Assembly (NCBI RefSeq): GCF_026248825.1
Contig: NZ_CP110973.1
Location: forward strand, 2,111,668-2,175,667
From: Larkinella insperata
Lineage (GTDB): Bacteria > Bacteroidota > Bacteroidia > Cytophagales > Spirosomataceae
Direction of reading: 5' to 3'
DNA length: 64,000 nucleotides
In this document: positions 19,201-27,509 of the stretch, in pieces
Layout: each line of letters opens with the position of its first letter
Numbering within the stretch: the stretch's first letter is position 1
Made by a program: the position numbers and the translations under genes
Notes under the pieces: generated by a model
The model's database searches: none
The model's input: only the letters and a program-made list of their open reading frames with translations
What the model was told of the DNA's origin: nothing

Positions 19201-19742
19201 AAGGTCATTTTATACTGGCCGTTGCCGTCTGTGGTGGTACCGCGCGTGGTTCCTTTGACGACCACGCTCACCCCCGGCAGCCGGCCACCGGTTTCGTCGG
19301 AAACCGTTCCGGTGATGGTCTGATCGACGGGGGCCGCGTCGGTTCGGCGGAGAATCTCTTCGGGAGAGGGGAGTGGGCGGGGTTCCAGGTTCAGGATAAT
19401 CTGCCGGCCTTTCACCTGGTAGTTCAGGTCCAGTGGTTTCAGGAGTTTATCCAGAATTTCGCTCAGGGGCTGATTGGCCGCATTAAACGTCACCCGCTGG
19501 TTCAGCTGGACCAGGGATGAACGGTAGGCAAAGCGAACATCGGTCTGTTTGCCCAACTGGTTCAGGACGGTTCTCACGGGCAGGTTTGTCACCTGAATCG
19601 TCACGCGCTGATCCATGATTCGCTGCGCTTCCACCGGGCGGGCCAGGGCCAGTCCGGTGAAGATCGCTGCCAGGAGTAACTGGTAGAAAGTCAATTTCAT
19701 AAAGCTACGCAACAGGCTAAGCGGTTGTCGAAGTTTTTCCAT
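16293..19742 (-). CDS. SusC/RagA-family TonB-dependent transporter with an N-terminal STN signalling domain (trans-envelope signalling type)
   Basis: 1149 aa. STN domain (VTIQVTNLPVRTVLNQLGKQTDVRFAYRSS), a carboxypeptidase-regulatory-like domain, a TonB-box/plug, and a 22-strand barrel with a C-terminal aromatic residue (F). Confidence 0.85.
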   Translation of the reverse strand: MEKLRQPLSLLRSFMKLTFYQLLLAAIFTGLALARPVEAQRIMDQRVTIQVTNLPVRTVLNQLGKQTDVRFAYRSSLVQLNQRVTFNAANQPLSEILDKLLKPLDLNYQVKGRQIILNLEPRPLPSPEEILRRTDAAPVDQTITGTVSDETGGRLPGVSVVVKGTTRGTTTDGNGQYKMTLQTGDAILVFSFVGYTSQEIAVDNRTEINVSLVTDTKNLSEVVVVGYGTQKRSDLTGSVSSVKAAEVKNLPVRSVNEALQGRAAGVQVTRPDGTPGGGSDIVIRGVGSIGGMAPLYIVDGIRMGAGNNFNLQDVESIEVLKDASAAAIYGAQAAGGVVLVTTKRGGGMDKMNINFNAYYGVRQPRNLYQMLNTTDYITAKKASGVNTNGWGDPASLPNTDWVDEIFRNGKEQSYSLSLAGASAKANYYLSANYQREDGTIIDNSFERYGLRSNADFRINKRFKVGETLFAWKTSTNPAQNTTFPFRSAPLVALRDETNPYGGWAKTGSFFTGPNLVGWENIHHRLNDQYALEGNIYADWEITKGLNLRSTFGASIYSGRNYTFRESHDFGVVRNPIAYLSREQTSQRNLTANFVLTYDKTIGQHEFKAMAGYEAFQQDLSNLYAEAQGFQIITYNLGLSTDPSTYRASGGEYPQTRLLSQFGRINYTYAGKYLLTANVRRDGSDRFGPANRWGVFPSFSVGWRVTDEAFMRDIPVLSTLKLRASYGKLGSTSNIPQFTYQASYGGTGGTNIHGLPDGNRAKGYALTAQLPNENIKWEEVKQTDIGADIGLFNNQLNLVIDWYSRQTEDMIYQVPVPNSAGFSGSRVYTNIGQMSNKGLELAVDYRGKKGGFTYSIAANAAFNKNLVKQLSGTNNNPINDGAGGDYLESTIARTQAGYPLSQFYGYVTDGIFQSDAEVATLNQQAQEKAAAAGRPTTGVFYQNAGTGAGDLRFRDINGDGRITIDDKTYVGNPWPKMTYGLTLNLGWKGFDLSALLQGVQGVDVYNANRYYTQFFVGDYNTTGDIFKTSFFNGNGLTDRPRVGYTDASGNYVRDPNSNYTRISDYYVENGSFLKLRNLQVGYTIPNAVTSKIKMSSIRIYVQGQNLMTLTNYTGMDPEVLGRNGTTGRGIDAIYSYPRTTLMSLGIDASF

Positions 19743-19954
19743 ACTTTTGGTTGTTTTTTGGCTGTTTGAGGTTTCGAATGGACAAAAGATTCCCTCATCA
19801 TCCCGGCACAGGTTGATTAGAAAAGGGATTTGTCAGGTCAATGATGCTGGTACCATCATTGACCTTTTCTGCTAAGAAGGGATTTGTAAATCAAATCATA
19901 GGCAACAGGGTTAAGCTAGATGGAGTATATAGGGGTTTAGGAATAGTTCAGCGT

Positions 19955-21088
19955 TTACTGACAGCCTTTGCTGGTGATGACGATCTGCCCGTCCAGTACT
20001 TCGTACGACGCACCTATGGTCTGGCAGATTACCTCCAGGCGTTCCATCAAATTCTCTTCGTTAAACGTCACGTTCACCAGACAGGCCGCCAGCGCTTCTT
20101 CGTCGAAGAGCAGTTTGACGCCGTAAGTCCGCTCCAGACTCGAGAAAACCCGGGCCACCGACGCATCTTCGAATACCTGCTCCCGACTCGGCCGGTTGGC
20201 GACCAGGGCCGCGGGTTTTTCAACCAGTGCCTTTACAAGCCGATTTTCTGCCAGGTTATAGGTCATCTGCTGATTGGGGGTCAGCACCACACCCTCAACG
20301 CGACGGACCCCGCTCTGCTGGGCCTTCTCGTAATCTTTCTGCGAGTAAACCGACACCCGCCCCGTTTTTACCATCACCGTTACTTCTTTTTCCCGGCAAT
20401 AAGCCCGAACTAAAAAGCTGGTACCGAGCACTTTCGTGACGGTTTGGTTGGCGTAAATCAGAAACGGTTTAGCCGGATTTTTCACCACGTCGAAAAAGGC
20501 TTCGCCATTGAGGTAAACCGTCCGGGAAAGGGCATCAAACCGGACTGGATAGCTTATCCGGCTTTTGGGGTTCAGGGTTACCACGCTGCCGTCGCTCAGC
20601 AAAATGTTCATTGGTTTAGGGCTGGTGTTGACCTTTTCCTGGAGCGGTATAGTAGCGACCGTTCGGGTTAAGTATTCGTACGAGCCCACTGCTGGTTTGG
20701 GCGTCCGGCCCAGGTAGAACCAGGTGCTGAAAGCCGCCACCAGCAGAACCGACGCGGCCACGGCCCCGCGCCACCAACTCCGCTGCCCCAGCGGAATAAC
20801 CGGGTGTTCGGTGTCTTCTTCCTGTTCGGCTTCCCGGCGTTCGGCGGCTTTGGCAATGAGCTTATTCAGTTCGAGCGCGATCCGGTTGTCGGTGGCATCA
20901 TCCCGATAGTGGTTATCCAGGGCACGGATCAACTCCTGTGCCTGCCGGACCACCTCGGCACGATCCGGATTCTGGGCCAGCCACTGTTCCCAAAAATGGG
21001 CTGCCTGAGGGGAAGTGCCCGCGGTCCACTGTCGGAACGATTCATCAAACAGAAAGTCTTCCGCTTCGTACGTTCTGTAATTAATCAT
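19955..21088 (-). CDS. FecR-family anti-sigma factor (transmembrane)
   Basis: 377 aa. N-terminal cytoplasmic anti-sigma region, a single TM helix (WWRGAVAASVLLVAAFSTWFYL) and a periplasmic FecR domain. Flanked by an ECF sigma gene and an STN-SusC gene. Confidence 0.8.
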   Translation of the reverse strand: MINYRTYEAEDFLFDESFRQWTAGTSPQAAHFWEQWLAQNPDRAEVVRQAQELIRALDNHYRDDATDNRIALELNKLIAKAAERREAEQEEDTEHPVIPLGQRSWWRGAVAASVLLVAAFSTWFYLGRTPKPAVGSYEYLTRTVATIPLQEKVNTSPKPMNILLSDGSVVTLNPKSRISYPVRFDALSRTVYLNGEAFFDVVKNPAKPFLIYANQTVTKVLGTSFLVRAYCREKEVTVMVKTGRVSVYSQKDYEKAQQSGVRRVEGVVLTPNQQMTYNLAENRLVKALVEKPAALVANRPSREQVFEDASVARVFSSLERTYGVKLLFDEEALAACLVNVTFNEENLMERLEVICQTIGASYEVLDGQIVITSKGCQ

Positions 21089-21288
21089 TGAGCAAATTGA
21101 ATCTAGGACTTCTACTTACTTAGTGTCGAATTTTGAGAATTGATACTCAGAAAAAGTAAAATTATTTTCTGGTAAAATTCAATTGTTGCTAACTGTCGCT
21201 GGGCCAATCGTTTAGCAGGCTGGTTGATAGAGCATGAAAATGTCGGGGCGAATTGAGGGCATCCGGCAGGGTAGGAAGTGCTGGCTGA

Positions 21289-21897
21289 TTACAGGGACCG
21301 CATCAAGACCAGCAAGGCCAGCAAAAGACTGGCCGACCACTGGCTGCGGAGTTCTTTGAAGGTGCGGTAGAGCAGATTGGCAACGCTTTGCCGCTCCAGG
21401 CCCATGATCTGGGCAATTTCGTGATTATCCAGATTCTGGTAAAAACGCAGATACAGAACTTCCTGCTGACGTTTAGAGAGCGACGCCATCAATTGGTGCA
21501 GCAAGCGGGTTTGTTCGGTATGGCTTTCGTCATCGATGATCTGTTGTTCAATGGAATCGGAGAACGGCAATTGAGTCGCTGCGGGTTCGTCGAGGTGAAT
21601 GGAAGGCGACTGCGGCAGGATTTTCAATAATTTGTAGCGCAGTGCTTTCAGCAGGTAGGCTTTTACAAAGACCGCATCCCCCACGGTCTGGCGGTGGTCC
21701 CACAAGTCCACGAGCAAATCCTGAATCGCATCCCAAATCAGTTCAGAATCCGCCGTAAGCCGCAGGCCGTAGTTGTATAGGCTACGGTAGTGCACCTGGG
21801 CCAGTGCGCCGAAAGCCAGTTCATCACCTGCTTTAAAGCGCTGCCAGAGCTCCTGGGGGGCAAGGGTTTTATAATCAGCGGCTGTAATGCGTTCCAA
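21289..21897 (-). CDS. ECF-type RNA polymerase sigma-70 family factor
   Basis: 202 aa. Sigma-70 region 2 (YRSLYNYGLRLTADSELIWDAIQDLLVDLW) and region 4 (RQQEVLYLRFYQNLDNHEIAQIMGLERQSVANLLYRTFKELR). Confidence 0.8.
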   Translation of the reverse strand: MERITAADYKTLAPQELWQRFKAGDELAFGALAQVHYRSLYNYGLRLTADSELIWDAIQDLLVDLWDHRQTVGDAVFVKAYLLKALRYKLLKILPQSPSIHLDEPAATQLPFSDSIEQQIIDDESHTEQTRLLHQLMASLSKRQQEVLYLRFYQNLDNHEIAQIMGLERQSVANLLYRTFKELRSQWSASLLLALLVLMRSL

Positions 21898-22157
21898 GGC
21901 AAGAAAAAGGTCACGTACCGACTAGAATTAAGTCGGCCACCGAGCCAATTTACTTACTGAAAATGACATATTTGTAAACTAATGTAATTAAATTAATTTA
22001 AAATATGATATTCCGGCTGCGCCTTAGCGGGAAGCGGCCGGTTAGCCAGCAAAAATGCTCCGGCGGTTTTCAATAACCTGGCAGTTAGTTAACTTTGGTA
22101 TATTATTCTTTTTCAACATCCAGTGCCGACAACGGTATTGATTTACTCAGACCACAC

Positions 22158-22283
22158 CATGAACAACCGGTTTAAAACATGGCTCAAGCGCGTCGGCTGG
22201 CTGGGCTTTCTTTTCTTCCTTATCAAGGGCCTGCTCTGGCTGATTATTCCTTATTTGATTGCAAAAGGTGTTTTTTCTAAATA
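22158..22283 (+). CDS. Possible small hydrophobic peptide (41 aa), speculative
   Basis: ATG-to-TAA ORF encoding MNNRFKTWLKRVGWLGFLFFLIKGLLWLIIPYLIAKGVFSK, with a single predicted TM helix. It lies in the 600-nt gap between the ECF sigma gene and tamB. I have no homology support. Confidence 0.2.
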
Positions 22284-22496
22284 AAACCCACTGAAGTAAG
22301 AACATACCTATAACATAATCCCTGTTATGCGGTTTATTGGATAAGTCGGGTAGACCGGCTATATGGTACCGGATGCTGCTTTTCGTACCCAGAACTAGCC
22401 GGTACTCAACATTCTTCGTCTAAGCTGCGTATTGGTGTACAAGACCGATACCGGCAAGCTGGACGGTAAGCTATCCGCAGACTGATAATAAGGAAC

Positions 22497-25400
22497 GTGA
22501 AAAAATTTCTGACGTTTTTTCTTCTTGCCATACTGGCGTTGATCTTTCTGGTACTTGGGTTTCTCGGGGTCATTGCCACCACGACCTGGGGCCAGGAGTT
22601 CGTTACCCGGCAGGTCAATAGTTACTTAGCCGGAAAAATAAAAAGTCCTTTCCGGATTGGCCGCATCACCTACGACATTCCTGATTACGTCGGTCTGGAA
22701 GACGTCCTGTTTATCACTCCGAAGGGCGATACGCTGCTGGCCGGGGAAAAACTCCGGGTGGATCTGGACATGATGGGGCTGCTCAAAAACCGGGTGTCGC
22801 TCAATCAGATTGAACTCGAAAAGGTGCGCATAAACCTCAACCGGACGCTACCCGACACCGCCTTTAATTTCCAGTATATCATCGATGCGTTTGACACTGG
22901 TGGCCCTCCGCAACCAGTCGATACCACGGCGGCTCCGATGGACATTAGTCTGGCGGCCGTGATTCTGAAAGACGTCGGGATTCGTTACAAAGACGATGTG
23001 GTTGGAGCAGATGTTCGCGCCCATTTGGATAGCCTGCGGGCCAATTTTGATGAAACGGACGTTGCTAAATCACAATACCACCTTCGGACGGTTAACATCG
23101 ACGGTCTGGTGGCCAACACCCGGCTTTATTCGGCAATCGACACCCCGGAAACGCCCACGACTTCCGCACCCGGCGACACCCTGGATTTGAAATTAGGCAG
23201 TTGGCGGGTCAACCGGGCGCGCTGGGATGTGAAGGTCGAGGAAGCGGACTTCCAGACCCGCGGATCGCTCGGGCGGCTGGCGATGGATGCCGATTATTTG
23301 TACCTCGACGGGCAGCGGGTTGGAATCAAATCGCTGGAACTGGCTAATGCCGACATTGCCGCCATTTTGACCAAAGCAACTGCCAAACCCAGTTCTGCGG
23401 CTCCGGCGACCCCGGAAACGGCCGATGAGTCGGGCGGCTGGCGGGCCAGCATTGGCCGGGTGGCGCTGGCAAAAAACCGGATTCGGTTTGAAGACCAGAA
23501 CCAGCCCCGGCAGAAAACCGGTCTGGATTACGGACACCTTGACCTTCAGGACTTTTCACTGACCGCCCAGGCGCTGCAATACACCCCACAACTGATCGCC
23601 GGGAAATTTCGCGGGGGCCAGTTTCGCGACCAGAGCGGTTTTGCGCTCCAGCGGCTCGACGCCGATGTGGTCTACAGCGATACAATGACCTCCGTGACCA
23701 AACTTTACGTTCAGACGCCCCAGACATTGCTCCGCGACCAGCTGATTCTGCGCTACGATTCAATCGGGCAGTTGAGCCGCCCGCGGGAAGCCGGGCGCGT
23801 GGGCGTTCGGGTCAACCTGAACCAAAGCCGGCTGGCGGTGGCTGACATGCTGCAACTGGCGCCGTTTCTGGCCACTACTTCCCCGTTTTTTGAAGACCGC
23901 CGGGCCGTTGTTCGGGTCAATACGCTGATGCGGGGTACGCTGGCTAACCTGAGCATTCCGACGTTTGAAGTGGATATGCTGTCGGGAACCCGGCTGCGGG
24001 CCAGCGGGCGTTTGCGGAACGTGACGGATGTAGACCGCCTGGCCCTGGACATTAATCTGACCGAAGGGTCGACGCGGCTCACCGATATTCGAAAAATCGT
24101 TCCCAAAGGCACCCTGCCCGATTCGTTCAACATTCCGCCCAAGCTCCGGTTAACGGGGCGTTTTCAGGGTGAACTTGATAATCTGAACATCAATTCGGCC
24201 CTTCAGACTGATTGGGGAAATGTTGATTTCGACGGCAACGTGCGCGGCTTTGTTTCCGGAAAAGGGCAGGCCTACAAAGGAACGCTGTCGCTGGCGCGGC
24301 TGGAAGCCGGGCGCTGGCTGGGCCAACAGGCAACCATTGGAAGCATTACGGCGGATGCCACCGTTGACGGTCGGGGCATCGACGTGAAAACCATGCAGAC
24401 GGCTTTCCGGCTTAATGTGCGCCAAGCGGAACTGATGGGCTACAATTACCAGAATTTTGCTGCCGATGGCCGGTTGGATCAGGGGAATCTCAGCATGAGA
24501 AGTACGTTGAATGATCCAAACGCTAAACTGACACTGAACGCCCGCGTGGGCATGTTACAAGATTTTCCCAGCGTGCGGGGCGGGCTGGCGATTGAAAAAC
24601 TGGATGTTACCCAACTCAAACTCTACAAGGACCCGCTTAGTGTGGAGGGAAATCTGCGGTTTGATTTTGCGTCCACCGATCCTGCCAAACCGGTCGGTAT
24701 TCTAGCGGCCCGCGAAACGGTGGTGCGGCTGAACGGCAAAACGTATCCGCTGGATTCTTTTTACGTCAGAGCGGATGTAGATGGTGTTCGAAAAATCGTG
24801 GAAGCCCGGCTGCCGTTCGCAACCATGAATCTCGATGGTCAGTTTGATTACACGCGTCTATATGACATTGCCGTTGGTGAAGTCAGTAAGTATATCGAGC
24901 TGCCCGATCTGACCTACAAGCCGGTCAATCCGCCATATAGTTTCAACGTCGACATGACGCTCCGGCAACATCCGCTTCTGGCGGCTTTTGTGCCCGCGCT
25001 GACCCGAATGGATCCGGTTACGTTTAAGGCGTACGTGGATAATGTTCGGGATACGACGTTTGCCGCTTCCCTCCAGGCTGGTGTCGTTGAATACGACAGC
25101 ATGCAGATTCAGGGGGTTGCTATGAAGCTGGCCGGTTTGAACGGACGACTGGGAATTACGGGCCAGGTCAATGCCGCCAACGCCAGCGGAATTCGGTTAA
25201 ATGTGACCAAATTGAATGCGGAAGCCGTCGAAAATAAGCTATGGTTTGAGATTGAGTCGGATGATTCGACCGGCCGGGCGTGGTACGGTATATCGGGTAG
25301 TCTGGCCATCGCCGACCGGGCCTACCAATTCCGGTTTAATCCGGATGGTATGTTAACCAATTACCAGCGCTGGACCGGCGACACCACTGGCTACATTCAG

Positions 25401-27509
25401 TACAGCGAGAAAGGCATTGTGGCCGATCGCTTCCTGCTTCAGACTGGTTCGCAGCGGATTCTGGTTAATAGCGAAGAGAAAATACCCAATGCGCCGATGC
25501 GGGTCAAGGTAGAAAGCATCAACCTGACCAACATGGCAAAACTGGCCAATCAGGACACGACGCTGGTGGGCGGTATGCTCAACGGGGATGTTGTGCTCCG
25601 GGACGTAATGACAAATTTGTCGTTTACCGGCGACGTGACGGTGGATAGTCTGAAAGTGATGGAAAAGGCCATCGGGAATCTGACGGCCCGGTTTGCCAAT
25701 ACCACCGACCAGCGGATTTCAACCGATATTGCGCTGACGGGCAACGGCAACCGGGCGCGGGTTACGGGTTTCTACAATCCGTCAAACGCGGACCAGGCGC
25801 TGGATTTCAAAATTAATCTGGACGAGTTGACAGCCCAGACCATCGAGGCATTCAGCTTCGGTCAACTGCGGCAAACCAGCGGACGGTTGCGCGGTCAGGT
25901 CGATGTAACCGGCTCAACGGACCAGCCCCGTATGAATGGCGCCGTATCGTTCGATTCGCTGGCTTTCAACGTGGCTTACCTGAATGCGACCTACAAGATT
26001 GACAACGAAACGATCCGGTTCAGCGAGAAAACCATCAATTTTCAGGATTTCAGCATTCGCGACGGGCAAAACCGCAACCTGACAACGAACGGGACCATCA
26101 CCATCCGGGAGTTGCCGGATATGGCCTACAACCTGAACATCAAAGCCGATAAATTTCAGGTGCTGAATGCCACCCGGAAAGACAACGATCTGGCCTACGG
26201 CAATGCCGCCATCAGTGCCAATCTGGCCATTCGCGGCAGCGGTACCAGTCCAACCATTAGCGGTTCCATCAAACTGGAAGACGAAAGCAAAATCACGATG
26301 GTATTGCCTGATGAAAGCGATGCCGTAAACGAAGCGCGTGGGATTGTTACGTTCATCGACCACAACGATTCGCTGGCTTTGCGGAAGTACCTGGTGGTTG
26401 CCCGGCCCGATACCGCCCGGCCCAAACTGGCTTTCCAAGACCTGAGCAACGCCCAGATTGATCTAAGCCTGGAAGCAAACGAAACCTCGGAAATCACCGT
26501 CGTTGTGGATGAGCTCAACGGCGATAACCTGCGCATCAAAGGAAATGCCCGGTTAAACGTAGGAATCAGTCAGAGCGGGGCCATCTCGTTGCTGGGCCGC
26601 TACGACGTTACGGAAGGAGAGTATTCGCTGACGTATGAAGTTCTGAAGCGTACGTTTTCGATCCAGAAAGGAAGTAACCTGACCTGGACGGGCGATCCGT
26701 ACCGGGCACAGCTGGACATTACCGCGGTTTATGAGACGACGGCCGTGCCGTCCAACCTGATTGCCAACGAAACCAGCGAACAGCTTCGGACGGCTTCCAA
26801 GCAGAAAATACCGTTCAACGTCCTGTTGAAAATGAAGGGTTTGTTGTCTTCGCCTGATATCAGCTTTGACATTGAAATGCCGGAGGAAGGTTTCCTGGCT
26901 TCCCGGACGGTAATCGATGCGGTTAATTCCAAGCTCTCCCAATTGCGTCAGGACCCCTCGCAGTTGAACAAACAGGTTTTCGGACTGATGGTACTGGGTA
27001 GTTTCATTTCTGAAAGCTCATCCAGCTCATCAGGGGGCGGTATTAATACCGAAGAAATTGCCCGAAGCAGCGTCAGTAAAATTCTTTCCGATCAGCTGGA
27101 ACGGTTTGCGTCCAGCCTGCTGAAAGGATTTGACGTAAACTTCGATCTGCTTTCGTCCACTCAGTCGGCGGGGACCAACAACACCGTAGGAACCAGAACC
27201 GATTTGAATGTGGATGTGTCCCGGAGCTTTTTGCAAGGTCGGCTGACGGTTTCGGTGGGTCGAAATTTCATGCTGGAAGGAAATCAGAACGCCATCACGC
27301 GCAATCCTAACGAAGTATTTGATAACCTGTCGTTGAACTACAACATTACCCGCGACGGCCGCTATATGCTACGCGGTTATCGCAAGAGTGATTACCAGGC
27401 GGTTCTGGAAGGTTACGTAATCGAAACGGGGGTTGGTTTTGTAATTACGGTCGATTACAACGCCCTGAGTGAAATCTTTGGCAAATCGGCGGAAAATCAG
27501 AATCAATGA
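22497..27509 (+). CDS. tamB: TamB/AsmA-like translocation-and-assembly-module protein (DUF490-type giant periplasm-spanning protein)
   Basis: 1670 aa. N-terminal signal-anchor helix (FLTFFLLAILALIFLVLGFLGVIATTTWG), then a long beta-rich repetitive body. Immediately upstream of an Omp85 gene, overlapping it by 4 nt. Confidence 0.55.
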   Translation: MKKFLTFFLLAILALIFLVLGFLGVIATTTWGQEFVTRQVNSYLAGKIKSPFRIGRITYDIPDYVGLEDVLFITPKGDTLLAGEKLRVDLDMMGLLKNRVSLNQIELEKVRINLNRTLPDTAFNFQYIIDAFDTGGPPQPVDTTAAPMDISLAAVILKDVGIRYKDDVVGADVRAHLDSLRANFDETDVAKSQYHLRTVNIDGLVANTRLYSAIDTPETPTTSAPGDTLDLKLGSWRVNRARWDVKVEEADFQTRGSLGRLAMDADYLYLDGQRVGIKSLELANADIAAILTKATAKPSSAAPATPETADESGGWRASIGRVALAKNRIRFEDQNQPRQKTGLDYGHLDLQDFSLTAQALQYTPQLIAGKFRGGQFRDQSGFALQRLDADVVYSDTMTSVTKLYVQTPQTLLRDQLILRYDSIGQLSRPREAGRVGVRVNLNQSRLAVADMLQLAPFLATTSPFFEDRRAVVRVNTLMRGTLANLSIPTFEVDMLSGTRLRASGRLRNVTDVDRLALDINLTEGSTRLTDIRKIVPKGTLPDSFNIPPKLRLTGRFQGELDNLNINSALQTDWGNVDFDGNVRGFVSGKGQAYKGTLSLARLEAGRWLGQQATIGSITADATVDGRGIDVKTMQTAFRLNVRQAELMGYNYQNFAADGRLDQGNLSMRSTLNDPNAKLTLNARVGMLQDFPSVRGGLAIEKLDVTQLKLYKDPLSVEGNLRFDFASTDPAKPVGILAARETVVRLNGKTYPLDSFYVRADVDGVRKIVEARLPFATMNLDGQFDYTRLYDIAVGEVSKYIELPDLTYKPVNPPYSFNVDMTLRQHPLLAAFVPALTRMDPVTFKAYVDNVRDTTFAASLQAGVVEYDSMQIQGVAMKLAGLNGRLGITGQVNAANASGIRLNVTKLNAEAVENKLWFEIESDDSTGRAWYGISGSLAIADRAYQFRFNPDGMLTNYQRWTGDTTGYIQYSEKGIVADRFLLQTGSQRILVNSEEKIPNAPMRVKVESINLTNMAKLANQDTTLVGGMLNGDVVLRDVMTNLSFTGDVTVDSLKVMEKAIGNLTARFANTTDQRISTDIALTGNGNRARVTGFYNPSNADQALDFKINLDELTAQTIEAFSFGQLRQTSGRLRGQVDVTGSTDQPRMNGAVSFDSLAFNVAYLNATYKIDNETIRFSEKTINFQDFSIRDGQNRNLTTNGTITIRELPDMAYNLNIKADKFQVLNATRKDNDLAYGNAAISANLAIRGSGTSPTISGSIKLEDESKITMVLPDESDAVNEARGIVTFIDHNDSLALRKYLVVARPDTARPKLAFQDLSNAQIDLSLEANETSEITVVVDELNGDNLRIKGNARLNVGISQSGAISLLGRYDVTEGEYSLTYEVLKRTFSIQKGSNLTWTGDPYRAQLDITAVYETTAVPSNLIANETSEQLRTASKQKIPFNVLLKMKGLLSSPDISFDIEMPEEGFLASRTVIDAVNSKLSQLRQDPSQLNKQVFGLMVLGSFISESSSSSSGGGINTEEIARSSVSKILSDQLERFASSLLKGFDVNFDLLSSTQSAGTNNTVGTRTDLNVDVSRSFLQGRLTVSVGRNFMLEGNQNAITRNPNEVFDNLSLNYNITRDGRYMLRGYRKSDYQAVLEGYVIETGVGFVITVDYNALSEIFGKSAENQNQ

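Noticed and set aside
21930-22010. AT-rich block (aaatgacatatttgtaaactaatgtaattaaattaatttaaaatatg) upstream of the ECF sigma gene, as a possible mobile-element end or CRISPR leader
   Set aside because: There are no direct repeats, no spacer periodicity and no adjacent cas or transposase gene. It is more plausibly the divergent promoter region for the ECF sigma gene and tamB.
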